Of a stretch of 64,000 bases of DNA, positions 49,351 through 59,006 are shown in pieces. The notes under the pieces are model-generated. The model made no database searches. It saw nothing but the letters and a program-made list of their open reading frames with translations, and was not told the origin of the DNA. The stretch is from positions 243,125 to 307,124 of IMG/VR virus record IMGVR_UViG_3300037110_000087; one strand, 5' to 3'. Both the position numbers and the translations under genes were made by a program. Numbering within the stretch: the first letter of the stretch is position 1; each line of letters starts with the position of its first letter.

Positions 49351-49747
49351 AATCACCACCTGCAGGTGTGTTGTGGAAGTGAATCGCATCATCAAGTTGT
49401 CTGGCGTCCCATCGGGCCATCCCACAGACCTGATCGACATAGCAGTTGATCCGGCACATGAGCGTTCCGCCTCTGGCATGACCCAGCACAAACCGCCAGT
49501 AGAAGAGCCAGGGCAGTTCATTCCCATCTTTATCCTTGGCTAGAGTGTGGATCTCAGGTCCGATGGCAGCAAGACCTGCCTTGGTTGGGACCACGGAAGG
49601 TGATCGGCCCTCCGCGATGCATTTGTCGATGAAGGCGTTGAGATCGTAGATCTTCTCTCCCTTCCCATTCGTTCTTGCTTGGACGACAGGATCACCACTC
49701 ATAGGACCTCCAATAACCCTTTGGCCCCTTCCGGGGCCTGGGGTCAC
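49340..49747 (-). CDS. hypothetical protein (true start likely MSGDP)
   Basis: ORF in run. Confidence 0.55.
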   Translation of the reverse strand: MTPGPGRGQRVIGGPMSGDPVVQARTNGKGEKIYDLNAFIDKCIAEGRSPSVVPTKAGLAAIGPEIHTLAKDKDGNELPWLFYWRFVLGHARGGTLMCRINCYVDQVCGMARWDARQLDDAIHFHNTPAGGDYGL

Positions 49748-50862
49748 TAGTCATCATTACGCATAAGCTGGGAACGCCTTTTCTTGCGCTTCTTGAAATA
49801 TTCGGGCATGGGAGCATCTGTTGCGCAGATCTTCTCCCTCATGATCACAGCACGTTCATTCACCGCCTTGTTGGACTTGAGGCTCATCCACTGTCCGTTC
49901 TCCACCACCCACTGTTCCCTGGGTGTGGCAGAGCGGACGAAAGGCCAGTGGGTATCCTTGGATTGGACGATCTGCGCGATCTTATCCCCGAACTTGCGGA
50001 ACACCCGGCCACACATCTGAATGGTGGGACCCTTCACTGAGGGACGACAGAACACCGTCTTGAGCGAGGGACAATTCAGTCCCTCAGTCAGCACGAACAC
50101 GTTGAACAGGATGTCTAGCTTCCCCTCTTCGAACGCCTCAAGCTGCGACTCTCGATCGGTCTGCCCGGTCACCACATCAGCCCTGAGGCCAGCCTGATTG
50201 ATGATCTCGCATGCCTGATAGCATTCCTCCATGGTGAGGAAATAGCAGATGCTCTTGCCCCATTTCTTGGGGTCTTCCAGGTAGCAGGTGGTGACGGACT
50301 CAGGGGTCCAGGAATCGAGCATATACTGGTCGAATGCAGCCAGATAGCCCTCTTCGATCAGTTGCCGGTGCCCCGCATCCGTAATCGACTTGTTGAAGCA
50401 GAGCTTCATGTTGTCAGTCCGGTAGGGGGTGGCGGACAGGCCCAGCAGCACCTTCGGATTGCACGAGGTATAGAGTGTGACAGCAGACTCCGCTGCGCTG
50501 TGATGGGACTCATCGAACACCAGGATATCCACCTTGGGCGGGGTCTTGTCGAACATCGACACGAAGTGGATGTTCTCCAGGCTGGTGAACTTGAGGTTCT
50601 CGTCTGCTGCCTGACTCAGGAGGGTTCTCCGCATGGCACACCAGCCAATCTGGATATCCTCCTTCTTCTTGCCGAATAGGGCAGCATGATTGTCGATCAG
50701 ATCCTTGCAGATCGTCAGGCCCATGAGCGTCTTGCCGGAACCCACAGGGGATTCAACATTGACCGCTGCGGTGTGATTCACCGATTTCTCACAGATGTCG
50801 TGGAATGCAGCCACCGACTTCGTGATGATCCGCTTCTGGTAGGGCCGTGATTCGGGTTTCAT
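49747..50862 (-). CDS. superfamily 2 helicase
   Basis: SPVGSGKT, DESHH, GLSATPYR, VLTEGLN.P, QMCGRVFR. Confidence 0.9.
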   Translation of the reverse strand: MKPESRPYQKRIITKSVAAFHDICEKSVNHTAAVNVESPVGSGKTLMGLTICKDLIDNHAALFGKKKEDIQIGWCAMRRTLLSQAADENLKFTSLENIHFVSMFDKTPPKVDILVFDESHHSAAESAVTLYTSCNPKVLLGLSATPYRTDNMKLCFNKSITDAGHRQLIEEGYLAAFDQYMLDSWTPESVTTCYLEDPKKWGKSICYFLTMEECYQACEIINQAGLRADVVTGQTDRESQLEAFEEGKLDILFNVFVLTEGLNCPSLKTVFCRPSVKGPTIQMCGRVFRKFGDKIAQIVQSKDTHWPFVRSATPREQWVVENGQWMSLKSNKAVNERAVIMREKICATDAPMPEYFKKRKKRRSQLMRNDD

Positions 50863-50898
50863 GGAGTTCTCCAGATGATTGAAGGGCCGGAACTATCT

Positions 50899-50928
50899 AT
50901 GATAACATGTGAAATGATTCACTGTCAA
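50899..50928 (-). promoter_or_regulatory. sigma70-type promoter with CRP/FNR-like palindrome in the spacer
   Basis: TTGACA-18-TATCAT; TGTGA-N6-TCACT at 50908-50923. Confidence 0.65.
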
Positions 50929-51077
50929 TAGGTCCAGTTATCCTAGGGGTGATTGCGAAATCTTCCATATAGTTATTTTACCACAGGTTCTGATTTCACA
51001 CAATAGGCAAATCTTACCCATTTAGCTCAGTATCTTCGGAGGGGAACAGGTATGATACACTAGGACCAGGACGATTT

Positions 51078-51530
51078 ATGCATTTGAGACTCACCGCACA
51101 TTTAAAAAGGACAGCCCTGCGATCCTGGCTAGGGATGCCCTGGGATGAATGGCACCGGGAAGGTCCTACTCACAGGGATATACCACCTGAGCGTACGAGT
51201 AACGGTGATTTCATCTTCTACCATGGAACTTCAAAGGATCATGCTAATGAAATTATTAGAGAGAAGAGGATCAGGCCCGATGACATGAATTGTGTTGGGC
51301 TTGGTACTACCCCTTCAGCGGTAAGCACCTACGCCCTAATGAAGAGTATGAAGAAGAAAATGAAGGGGGGTAGCGTCATATTACGCGTAATCGTAAAATC
51401 AGAAACATTAGCTAATCTGACTGTGGGTCATGAATGTGGTGGAAGTGGTTGTAATCAATTCTTATTCAGTACCCTTGATCGGAGTTGGATTGGTATTCCA
51501 GTCGACTCTGTGACCATGGTGATGGGCTAA
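51078..51530 (+). CDS. putative ADP-ribosyltransferase-fold protein
   Basis: FYHGTS....I, VGLGTTP..V..YA, VILRV pattern; catalytic acid not identified. Confidence 0.5.
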   Translation: MHLRLTAHLKRTALRSWLGMPWDEWHREGPTHRDIPPERTSNGDFIFYHGTSKDHANEIIREKRIRPDDMNCVGLGTTPSAVSTYALMKSMKKKMKGGSVILRVIVKSETLANLTVGHECGGSGCNQFLFSTLDRSWIGIPVDSVTMVMG

Positions 51531-51595
51531 TTGATCTAAAACGACAATTGGTTATTGAACTTCTGAAGGGCCTTTCCCCTTTTTAGGAGGTTAAC

Positions 51596-53194
51596 ATGTC
51601 CATCAATAACCGTAGAACTACTCCCCTAGTTCCCTCTGCCATCGCTGTGGCCCAGGCTACCGCCCACAAGAATCATATGGCTGGCAATAGCTGGGAAATT
51701 ACCCCTATCACCCGTCTGAAGTGCATGGCGAGTTCCTGCTTCTTCGGAGAGCCGACCTATTACAACCCCAAAGTGGCTAGCTATGGCCACTTCTACGAGG
51801 GCAGCTTTCTGGGCCAGACCATGTTTGGCAAGGAATGGCATGGTTTAAATCCTGCGCAGAAGTTGGAGAAGGCGATCGATGAGGCCCTCGATTATGATGC
51901 TGAGGCGACTCTCGATTACGCTTTCGAACTGCGTACTCAGTTGAACATCCGTGCCACCCCTCAGGTGATCGCGGTCCGTGCGGCTAATATGGTTTCCCTC
52001 AAGGGTCAGGGAATCCGCCAGTATGCACTGGCTACCATTCAGCGTCCAGATGATGCTGCCACTCAGTTCGCCTACCATGTCGCCAAGTATGGCAAGAACG
52101 CTCCCATTCCCAACGCTCTCAAGAAGGCGTGGCGTGAGTATCTGATCAAGTGCACCGAATATGACTTGGCCAAATACCAGCTGGCCAGCAAGGAAGTCAA
52201 GATGGTCGACCTAATCAATATGGTCCGGCCCAAGAGCGAAGCTATCGACAAGTTCATGAAGGGCACCCTGTCCAACACCGGCAAGACCTGGGAAGCCATC
52301 ATCAGTGGTGGTGGCAGGTGGGATGAAGCGGTTGAAGTGATGGGTCACATGGCTCTGCTGCGCAATTTGCGCAACTTCGTCGAGAAGAGTGATGAAACCA
52401 CTCAGCGTAAGGTTGCTGACAAGCTGGTTGCTACTGCAGCCAAGGGTCATCAGCTGCCTTTCCGCTACTGGTCTGCCTTTAACGCCCTAGTCGAAGGTGG
52501 ACGGAGAGCACCCGGTTTCATGCTGGATGCAGTCGAGAATGCCCTGCGTGTCTCTCTGGGCAATCTACCCCGATTGCAGGGTAACAGCCTAGTGCTGTCG
52601 GACAATTCCGGTAGCGCTCGTCATGCCTTCCAGAGCAAAATGGGTTCAGTCCAGATCTCCACCATCGGTAACCTGCTGGCTGCGATCGTCGGCAAGATCT
52701 CCGATAATGCCAGAATTGGGGTATTCGGTGACCGGCTGTCCTGTGTCGAATCCCGTAAGTCCAGTTCGGTGTTCGATGACCTGAAGACTCTGAATAACCT
52801 AGGCGAAGGAGTCGGCCAGGGAACTGAGAATGGCATCTGGCTGGCGCTCCATCAGGCTATCGCGGAACGCGAACATTGGGATAATATCTTCGTCTGCAGC
52901 GATATGCAAGCCGGTCATGGTGGGCTTTATGGTTGTGGCGTCATCCCCAGCGAATACCTGTGGCGTACCAACAACCAGGGCTATGGTGCGGCCAGCAGCC
53001 CGGTCACCATTGATGTTCCTTACATGCTGCACAAGTACCGGAAGATCAATCCCAATGTCAACGTGTTCCTGATCCAGACCGCTGGATACGAGGACACCAT
53101 CATCCCTGAATACTTCGATCGCACCTACGTGATCGGGGGATGGAGTGATGGGGTGATCCACTTCGCTGATCAGATGATCAAGCTGCGTCAATGA
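51596..53194 (+). CDS. Ro60/Rsr TROVE-vWA RNA-binding protein
   Basis: N.MAGNSW, FFGEPTYY, R..LNIR..P, IQRPDD, MALLRNLRN, QLPFRY..A, VLSDNSGS MIDAS, SDMQ. Confidence 0.9.
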   Translation: MSINNRRTTPLVPSAIAVAQATAHKNHMAGNSWEITPITRLKCMASSCFFGEPTYYNPKVASYGHFYEGSFLGQTMFGKEWHGLNPAQKLEKAIDEALDYDAEATLDYAFELRTQLNIRATPQVIAVRAANMVSLKGQGIRQYALATIQRPDDAATQFAYHVAKYGKNAPIPNALKKAWREYLIKCTEYDLAKYQLASKEVKMVDLINMVRPKSEAIDKFMKGTLSNTGKTWEAIISGGGRWDEAVEVMGHMALLRNLRNFVEKSDETTQRKVADKLVATAAKGHQLPFRYWSAFNALVEGGRRAPGFMLDAVENALRVSLGNLPRLQGNSLVLSDNSGSARHAFQSKMGSVQISTIGNLLAAIVGKISDNARIGVFGDRLSCVESRKSSSVFDDLKTLNNLGEGVGQGTENGIWLALHQAIAEREHWDNIFVCSDMQAGHGGLYGCGVIPSEYLWRTNNQGYGAASSPVTIDVPYMLHKYRKINPNVNVFLIQTAGYEDTIIPEYFDRTYVIGGWSDGVIHFADQMIKLRQ

Positions 53195-53472
53195 CCGAGA
53201 ACACCTGGGCATCCGTCAGGACTGTAGGGGAGATGATCGATTGGTTATCTACGCTTGATCGGTCAACTCCCTTCATTAGACAGACCCCTGGCCATTACTG
53301 TAACACTCGCAAGGCTGTTGCCCATGTTTACTTCAGCACTCAGGTCCAACTGACTGATGTTGGTAGGGTAGAGGGTGAACAATATGCTGGGGTCATCCCA
53401 AGTGGAGAACCAATCCCAGCAGTCCATATGTTCTTCGATACAGATTTCCGGGAGGAACATGTTAGACCTTGA
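53191..53472 (+). CDS. hypothetical protein
   Basis: ATGA overlap with the Ro60 stop. Confidence 0.6.
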   Translation: MTENTWASVRTVGEMIDWLSTLDRSTPFIRQTPGHYCNTRKAVAHVYFSTQVQLTDVGRVEGEQYAGVIPSGEPIPAVHMFFDTDFREEHVRP

Positions 53473-53623
53473 GGGGAATCCGATTAAACCTCCTCCTAAG
53501 TGCATTCACTGCAAGAAGACTGAAGGGGAGCACAACGCCAAGACTAGGGAATGCCCTGTCGGTCTAAAGACCCGGATTGGATATATCAGGTTCGGGCCAA
53601 CAGTTTTCGAAATTAAGAGTTAG
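53375..53623 (+). CDS. small zinc-binding protein (true start likely MLDLEG)
   Basis: CIHC...H...C. Confidence 0.5.
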   Translation: MNNMLGSSQVENQSQQSICSSIQISGRNMLDLEGNPIKPPPKCIHCKKTEGEHNAKTRECPVGLKTRIGYIRFGPTVFEIKS

Positions 53624-53653
53624 AAAAGAGGGGAGCTTCGGTTCCCCTCTTTT
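53624..53653. terminator. bidirectional intrinsic terminator
   Basis: AAAAGAGGGGAGC-TTCG-GTTCCCCTCTTTT. Confidence 0.88.
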
Positions 53654-53864
53654 CGTATAGTATAATAGAATTATCACTTGGGGATGTAATGAAGCTCAAG
53701 TTCAAAGCAGCGACAAAAATTAATATCACTAAGATCCCGACATTAAAGTTTTTAGACTTTTGGGCCGAAGGAGAGACTAAGGCCCTTGGTTACATCAATA
53801 TGCCAGTTGTAGAAAGGGATCTAGCCAGAACCATTCAGAGGGATAACTATCGTCTATTTCGAAG

Positions 53865-54209
53865 ATGACAATAGCTCTCTTGCGTGGACGGTTACGTGAG
53901 ATTGCTTCCTATTCCAAGGGTGTGTGGAAATGTCTGATCACTGAAACAACTGCTTTAGGTAATGGTATACCACCTAGAGGACAAATATTTTGTTTTAAAG
54001 AGGGAGATCACCATCCTGTCCCTGCAGGTTGGTGGATGGACTGGCCTGAGTCTCATTGGGAAATCTCTAAGGCTGAATACAATAGACTACCTGAGAAGGA
54101 ACGTGCTCTATTAGAGTGCAAGGAACAAATTCCGAAAGAGTATGATAGGCTCCGTGAGGAATTTTATCAACCTGAGGAACATGAACGGAAATGGTGGAGC
54201 AAGAAATGA
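53865..54209 (+). CDS. hypothetical protein
   Basis: ORF in run. Confidence 0.55.
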   Translation: MTIALLRGRLREIASYSKGVWKCLITETTALGNGIPPRGQIFCFKEGDHHPVPAGWWMDWPESHWEISKAEYNRLPEKERALLECKEQIPKEYDRLREEFYQPEEHERKWWSKK

Positions 54210-54589
54210 GTGCACTCTCTCCGATTCTCCGATTAGCCCAGGATAATACCCTGATATTCTGGTGTCCTGGCTGCAACAGATCCCATGGTATTAAATTTGG
54301 TAGTGGTCAATGGACCTGGAATGGTGATCCTATCAAACCAACTTTCTCCCCTAGCGTCCTGGTCACGAGTGGTCACTATTCAGATGGAAATAAAACAGAA
54401 TGCTGGTGCAATTTTGAAGCCAGATTTGGAGAGAAGTCTAGCTTTAAATGTTATAGATGTCATTCCTTTGTTGTGGATGGAATGATTCAGTTTCTGGGTG
54501 ATTGTACCCACGAACTAGTAGGTCAGACAGTACCTTTATTTCCTAAATGGTACAATGAAGAAGAGGGATATCACGACAACGTGCGTTAA
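54191..54589 (+). CDS. DUF6527-like protein
   Basis: FWCPGC..SH, W.WNGD...PTFSPSVL, CHSFV.DG.IQFLGDC.H. Confidence 0.75.
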   Translation: MVEQEMSALSPILRLAQDNTLIFWCPGCNRSHGIKFGSGQWTWNGDPIKPTFSPSVLVTSGHYSDGNKTECWCNFEARFGEKSSFKCYRCHSFVVDGMIQFLGDCTHELVGQTVPLFPKWYNEEEGYHDNVR

Positions 54590-54960
54590 CTGTTTCCCCA
54601 CACGCTGCAAGACAATCTGTAAAGGTTAATGGTAAAATAAAGATTCATTAAGGGCAAATTTTCATGATCAACTCTCTACCCAAACAATATTGCATGCCAA
54701 ATTCCATTGAATTTGGTCGTGGAATGCTTGTGTAAAGGGTCTTTCTGAATCTTTTTATGGAAAAGGCCCCTCGTCAAACAGGGGCCTCAACATTTCCGAC
54801 CCTGGTTCCTTAGATTAGTCCGCACAAATCGCAGAGCTACGAACTCTGAGAACGCCAGTTGAAATCTGGCAGGAACCACCACTGGAGCAAGTTGGATCAA
54901 ACAACTAGAAGTTAGAATAGATCCAAGGCAACAATCAAGGTTGAAGCCAAACAGAAGGGA

Positions 54961-54989
54961 TTGACAGAAACGAACAGTCAGGTTAAAAT
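54961..54989 (+). promoter_or_regulatory. sigma70-type promoter heading the ncRNA field
   Basis: TTGACA-17-TAAAAT. Confidence 0.8.
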
Positions 54990-55174
54990 AAAAGACAACC
55001 AACGTGATCATGGTCATATTGGGAATCCTTGGAAAATCAATAGCGTAATAAGTTTGTCGGGCGTTTTAGGACGCCTGAATGGTCCCACATCCTACGCGGA
55101 AGTGGGCAAGTCCATCGAGGCTGTATCCTCCTGTCGTGAGATAACGGGGCTAGTGGATTCAACAGCAAATATCA

Positions 55175-55279
55175 CCAACAGTAGTGATCGGAACGGTTAC
55201 TTCCCTACCAAACAAGAGAAAAACGGGTTCGCCCGTTGTCGTGGGTAAAACCACTCTCCGTTCCCCCTTTCTCTGTTGG
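55175..55279 (+). ncRNA. Y-RNA-like (Yrl-type) RNA, reduced core, copy 1
   Basis: CCAACAG/CTGTTGG outer stem, bulged nt, GGAACGG/CCGTTCC inner stem, GGTTACTTC motif, pyrimidine-rich 3' strand. Confidence 0.65.
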
Positions 55280-55291
55280 AAGCAATTCAGC

Positions 55292-55390
55292 GGCAGTAGT
55301 GATTGAAATGGTTACTTCGGATAAGCATCAGGTGTTGAGCCTGACTGGCGCGGTCGTCGAAGACCGCTACCCATTTCGCCTTTCTCTGTT
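55292..55390 (+). ncRNA. Y-RNA-like RNA, reduced core, copy 2
   Basis: GGCAG/CTGTT, GAAATGG/CCATTTC, GGTTACTTC. Confidence 0.65.
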
Positions 55391-55511
55391 AGCAACATCG
55401 AGGCTTGGCAATCGCTGAGCCTTAACTCCCTAGGGTAGTCAGGATTCAGTTCCTATCATCTTGTGTTGGAAGGGAGCTAGCAACGTAGAGTACACATAGC
55501 GTTGCAACAAT

Positions 55512-55589
55512 CGGCCTTTAGCGCAGTCTGGTTAGCGCGTCTCGTTTGGGACGAGAAGGTCCGGAGTTCGAATCTCCGAAGGCCGACCA
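55512..55589 (+). tRNA. tRNA-Pro(TGG)
   Basis: Full cloverleaf: CGGCCTT/AAGGCCG, TCTCG-TTTGGGA-CGAGA, GTTCGAATC, encoded CCA. Confidence 0.93.
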
Positions 55590-55639
55590 AGTTCGAATGG
55601 ATCTAGCTCCGACCATGTTATACTAAGGTAGGAGTTAGC

Positions 55640-56419
55640 ATGAAATATGAAGAATTGGGAAACAAAGACCAATACCTAGGGATGGTGACCCTAAGGTGTA
55701 CGACCTGCGAAAAGGAATTCGAACGTCAGGCAAAATACGTTCGATCTTCGATAAAGCTCCATCCGCAAGACAACATAGACTGTGGATGCAAGAATATCAG
55801 GAAGTGTTCCTTCTGTCAAAAATCATCACCTGAGGTAAGATTCACAAAGACTCACAGAGTCTGCGTTGATTGTAGGAAGACTTACAATCATGAATACTAT
55901 CAGGAGAACAAAGAAAAAGTGAATTCGGATAAAGTCTTGAGACAGACAAAGACTTACCGGGAGAACTTTGATCGGGTCAGCCAGTACAAAGAATCTCATT
56001 CCTGTGTTGACTGTGGTAGATTTTTCCCGGCTTGTGCGATGGATTGGGATCATCAAAGAGATAAACTACATAATATTTCTGAGATGGTCAAATTTGCGGC
56101 TTGGGATCTGATTGAAGCTGAGATTGCTAAGTGTGAGCTGATCTGTGCGGTTTGTCACAGGATCAGGACCGCGAAAGAAGGCTCTTACCATAGGGTTAGG
56201 GAGCAAAAACCGAAGGCGCGATCCACCAAGGGCTTCCGTCCTCCTAAAGACGAGTTGGTGAAGCTCGTGCAAACATTCTCAATTTCTGCGATCGGTCGCC
56301 AGTTTGGTGTGAGCGACACGATGGTTAGAAAGTGGTGCAAGATCTTTGACATCGACTACAAATTACTCAGCAAGTTCTCGTTGCAGAACATCTGCCCTGA
56401 GGTTTATGGTCCAGAATAA
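55640..56419 (+). mobile_element. HNH homing endonuclease in ncRNA field
   Basis: CVDCG...MDWDH...EIAKCELICAVCHRIRT. Confidence 0.85.
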
Positions 56420-56634
56420 GGACTCACTTTTACGCCCGGCAGTCGAACAAAGGTGAACAACCTCGACATGGGAAAAGCCGAATCTACGTAGCCCTTTGAG
56501 TCCTTCCAATGCGTTGATGGCCTAAATGCCATCGTTCAACGAAACGGTGCTGTGACACTAGCGCCTACATTCACCCTTCTTGAAGGGGGCAGCGGATAAT
56601 AGAATCCGAGTCGGATTGTGTAACCGACACCAAT

Positions 56635-56746
56635 GGGGGAGTAGCTCAGCATTGCATAGAGCGCTGCAGATCAGTCCAGATATCCATGGTTCCGTCTGGA
56701 GGAAATCCGCAGAGGGCGGCGGTATCAAATCCTCTCTCCCCTACCA
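56635..56746 (+). ncRNA. tRNA-like RNA with 41-nt expanded anticodon loop
   Basis: GGGGGAG/CTCCCCT-A-CCA, GCTC/GAGC D-arm, CTGC/GCAG stem, internal TCCAGA/TCTGGA hairpin, degenerate T-arm. Confidence 0.7.
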
Positions 56747-57358
56747 ATAGGTCCAAGTCGAACCTGATGATCGCACATCGAATCGTCTTCCCGTAGTCGG
56801 CACACCCAAGTAATGCGAGAAGTGGTGAAAAGTCGAAACAAAATTCCAGTGGGTCAAGTGGAACGAATTGGTGAAATGCCATAGTATAAATAGCGTGACG
56901 GTCGACCGTCACGCTCCTATCTTGGTTGTGCACAACAACCCATAGTTCTGAGTCCGATCTCGATCTAATGTGGATAAAGGATCTTGCTAGTCCTCCACCA
57001 TCGGGAGAATGCGAGGCCGCTGCAGCCGTTTTGCGCTCAGATAAACAACTTCCAGTGAGACAGGCCCAATGGGTTGAATAACTGGTTGCATAAATAACGG
57101 GACATGCCATTCCCTTTGTCTAAAATCGACCCTGGTTAAGGTAGGTGAGCCTTCCAGGTTCTTTGACATCGCAGATTCCATGAAGCCTATCAGCGAGGGC
57201 AGTCGACAGAGTAATGGAATCTATAGCATAGGTGACACCAATGCCCACTCCAATTTGTCGGTATCGGTTGGGTTAGTGGATTACGAATCCGGGCCTTCTA
57301 GTCGGGCTTAGTATACTGAGTCCTGGGTTAATGCTAGGTGAATCACCCAGGGCGCATA

Positions 57359-57435
57359 GCGGGGGTAGCTCAGAGAAAGAGCAGCAGGGACAATATCCTT
57401 GAAGGTCGGAGGTTCAAGTCCTTCCCCCCGCACCA
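57359..57435 (+). ncRNA. tRNA-like RNA with non-canonical anticodon loop (ACAATAT)
   Basis: GCGGGGG/CCCCCGC-A-CCA, normal D and T arms; no U33. Confidence 0.75.
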
Positions 57436-57492
57436 TTTAAATCAATACCCCCACAAGCGGAGAAGAAATTCTGTGATGCGAGTGGGACCCCT

Positions 57493-57571
57493 GGCGGGGT
57501 AGCTCAGATGCATTAAGAGTACCGGCTAATTAAGCTGGAAGTCAGGGTCTTGCAAACCCTCCCCGCCACCA
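57493..57571 (+). ncRNA. tRNA-like RNA (loop TAATTAA, T-loop CTTGCAA)
   Basis: GGCGGGG/CCCCGCC-A-CCA; CCGGC/GCTGG; altered T-loop. Confidence 0.7.
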
Positions 57572-57579
57572 GTACAAGT

Positions 57580-57662
57580 CTTTCAGCAGTGATTGGAACG
57601 GTTACTTCAAATGTGATTGAGCCGTGGGGCAACCCACTCTCCGTTTCGCTTTTCTCTGAAAG
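57580..57662 (+). ncRNA. Y-RNA-like RNA, minimal core, copy 3
   Basis: CTTTCAG/CTGAAAG, GGAACGG/CCGTTTC, GGTTACTTC. Confidence 0.65.
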
Positions 57663-57725
57663 GTTATTAGGTCCTTGCCATGGAGGCAAGAAGGAAACTT
57701 GGGCATGCACTCCCAACCTATCATA

Positions 57726-57796
57726 GGGCGGGTACCTCAGATGCGATAAGAGGTCCTCCAAGGAAGTCGGTGTGTTGCAAGCACTCCCGCCCACCA
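57726..57796 (+). ncRNA. tRNA-like RNA with vestigial anticodon arm
   Basis: GGGCGGG/CCCGCCC-A-CCA; CCTC/GAGG D-arm; CCT-CCA-AGG mini arm; T-loop GTTGCAA. Confidence 0.7.
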
Positions 57797-57839
57797 ATCT
57801 CAAAATCCTGACCCTGTAGTCTTGCTCCTATAACGAGCG

Positions 57840-58390
57840 CATAAGGCTGGACTGGGCATTGGCACCGGAAACCGCTATAGCAGCTAGGGCCGGAAACGCA
57901 AATGTCATAGCAGGGTCGCCCATCAAATCTCCATGGTGGTGGAGATCAACGTGGCGATTCACAAGAACGAGGGACGGTGAGGGAACGCAGAACGTAATCC
58001 TGTGCACAAGGGTTCTGACTAATCCCAAGAAACGGAGGCATTCTAGATATGCTTCATGGAATAGTTTCCTTCCAGCCACGTGTAATTCTTAGGATACAGA
58101 ACCCGGTAACGGGCTGAAACGAATCGAAGTGGCTTGTGCAAAGATCTCATCCGTAGGGGTGGGGGAGCCGGGAAAGGGTGAAGCGGAAGGTACAACCGCA
58201 GAAGCAACTCCCACGAGCAGAGAGGGCACTCTCACGGAGCCACTATCCTGAGAAGCAAATCCATCCCTGAGAACGGCAATTCAAGGGGAGAGAAACCCAA
58301 GTCCTGTCCTTGCCGGGATAAAACACACGCCACCCTGAGAAGGTGGAAATTCCTAAATAGGGCTGTAGGAGATGAGCGGTGTGAGGGTAT
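57840..58390 (+). ncRNA. candidate large structured RNA
   Basis: No credible ORF; many hairpins (CCCG-GTAA-CGGG, GAGAG-GGCA-CTCTC, CCACC-CTGAGAA-GGTGG); CTGAGAA three times. Confidence 0.45.
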
Positions 58391-58399
58391 ACAATCAAA

Positions 58400-58570
58400 C
58401 GGCGGATAGCTCAGTTGGAGTTATCAGAGCGCCACATCAAGGAAAAGTAGAAGAAAACTTGGGGCAAAAGCTGAGTGAATTCGCGACGATCTCACTGAGT
58501 AGCCTAGAGCAGAGTATTCTAACCAGTACTAGTGTGGAGGGCGGTGGTTCAAATCCATCTCCGTCGACCA
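58400..58570 (+). ncRNA. tRNA-like RNA with 96-nt anticodon-loop insert
   Basis: CGGCGGA/TCCGTCG-A-CCA; CCACA/TGTGG; GGTGG-TTCAAAT-CCATC. Confidence 0.75.
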
Positions 58571-58746
58571 TTTCGGTAGGTAGTTTAAACAGAACGCGGT
58601 GTGCAGGAAGACGAGGAACGAAGCACCAGTACAGCACGTGTAAACTGGCGAGTTGAACCGGGGGCCACTCAGTCTTTTTAGGACTGGTGACGCAAACAAA
58701 CACATTGAGATTGAGGGTTTGAGCCTCATCTACCGTCCAGTTCATT

Positions 58747-58827
58747 GGTGGAGTACCTCAGGGACAGGCAGAGGGACCTCGTAGCACGAGAGGAAAGTCG
58801 GTGGTTCAATCCCATCCTCCACCACCA
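58747..58827 (+). ncRNA. tRNA-like RNA with aberrant anticodon arm
   Basis: GGTGGAG/CTCCACC-A-CCA; CTCGT-AGC-ACGAG 3-nt loop; T-arm intact. Confidence 0.7.
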
Positions 58828-59006
58828 ATGTCAAGAACGGTAATCAATCCGTCGCCTTGTGATCCGGGTATGTTGGATCACCCCTCCACTCTGGGGAAAG
58901 AATCCGGGTAATGGTGGATCAACCGGAAGGCAAAGCAACAGATGCGGCAAAATTGAAAAGGCCCCGCGAGGAAGTCGACTCTAAATGTGCTGTTGCAAAG
59001 TTCAAG

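Noticed and set aside
58790-58799. GAGGAAAGTC resembling the RNase P RNA signature
   Set aside because: Lies inside an 81-nt tRNA-like element; other RNase P conserved regions not found
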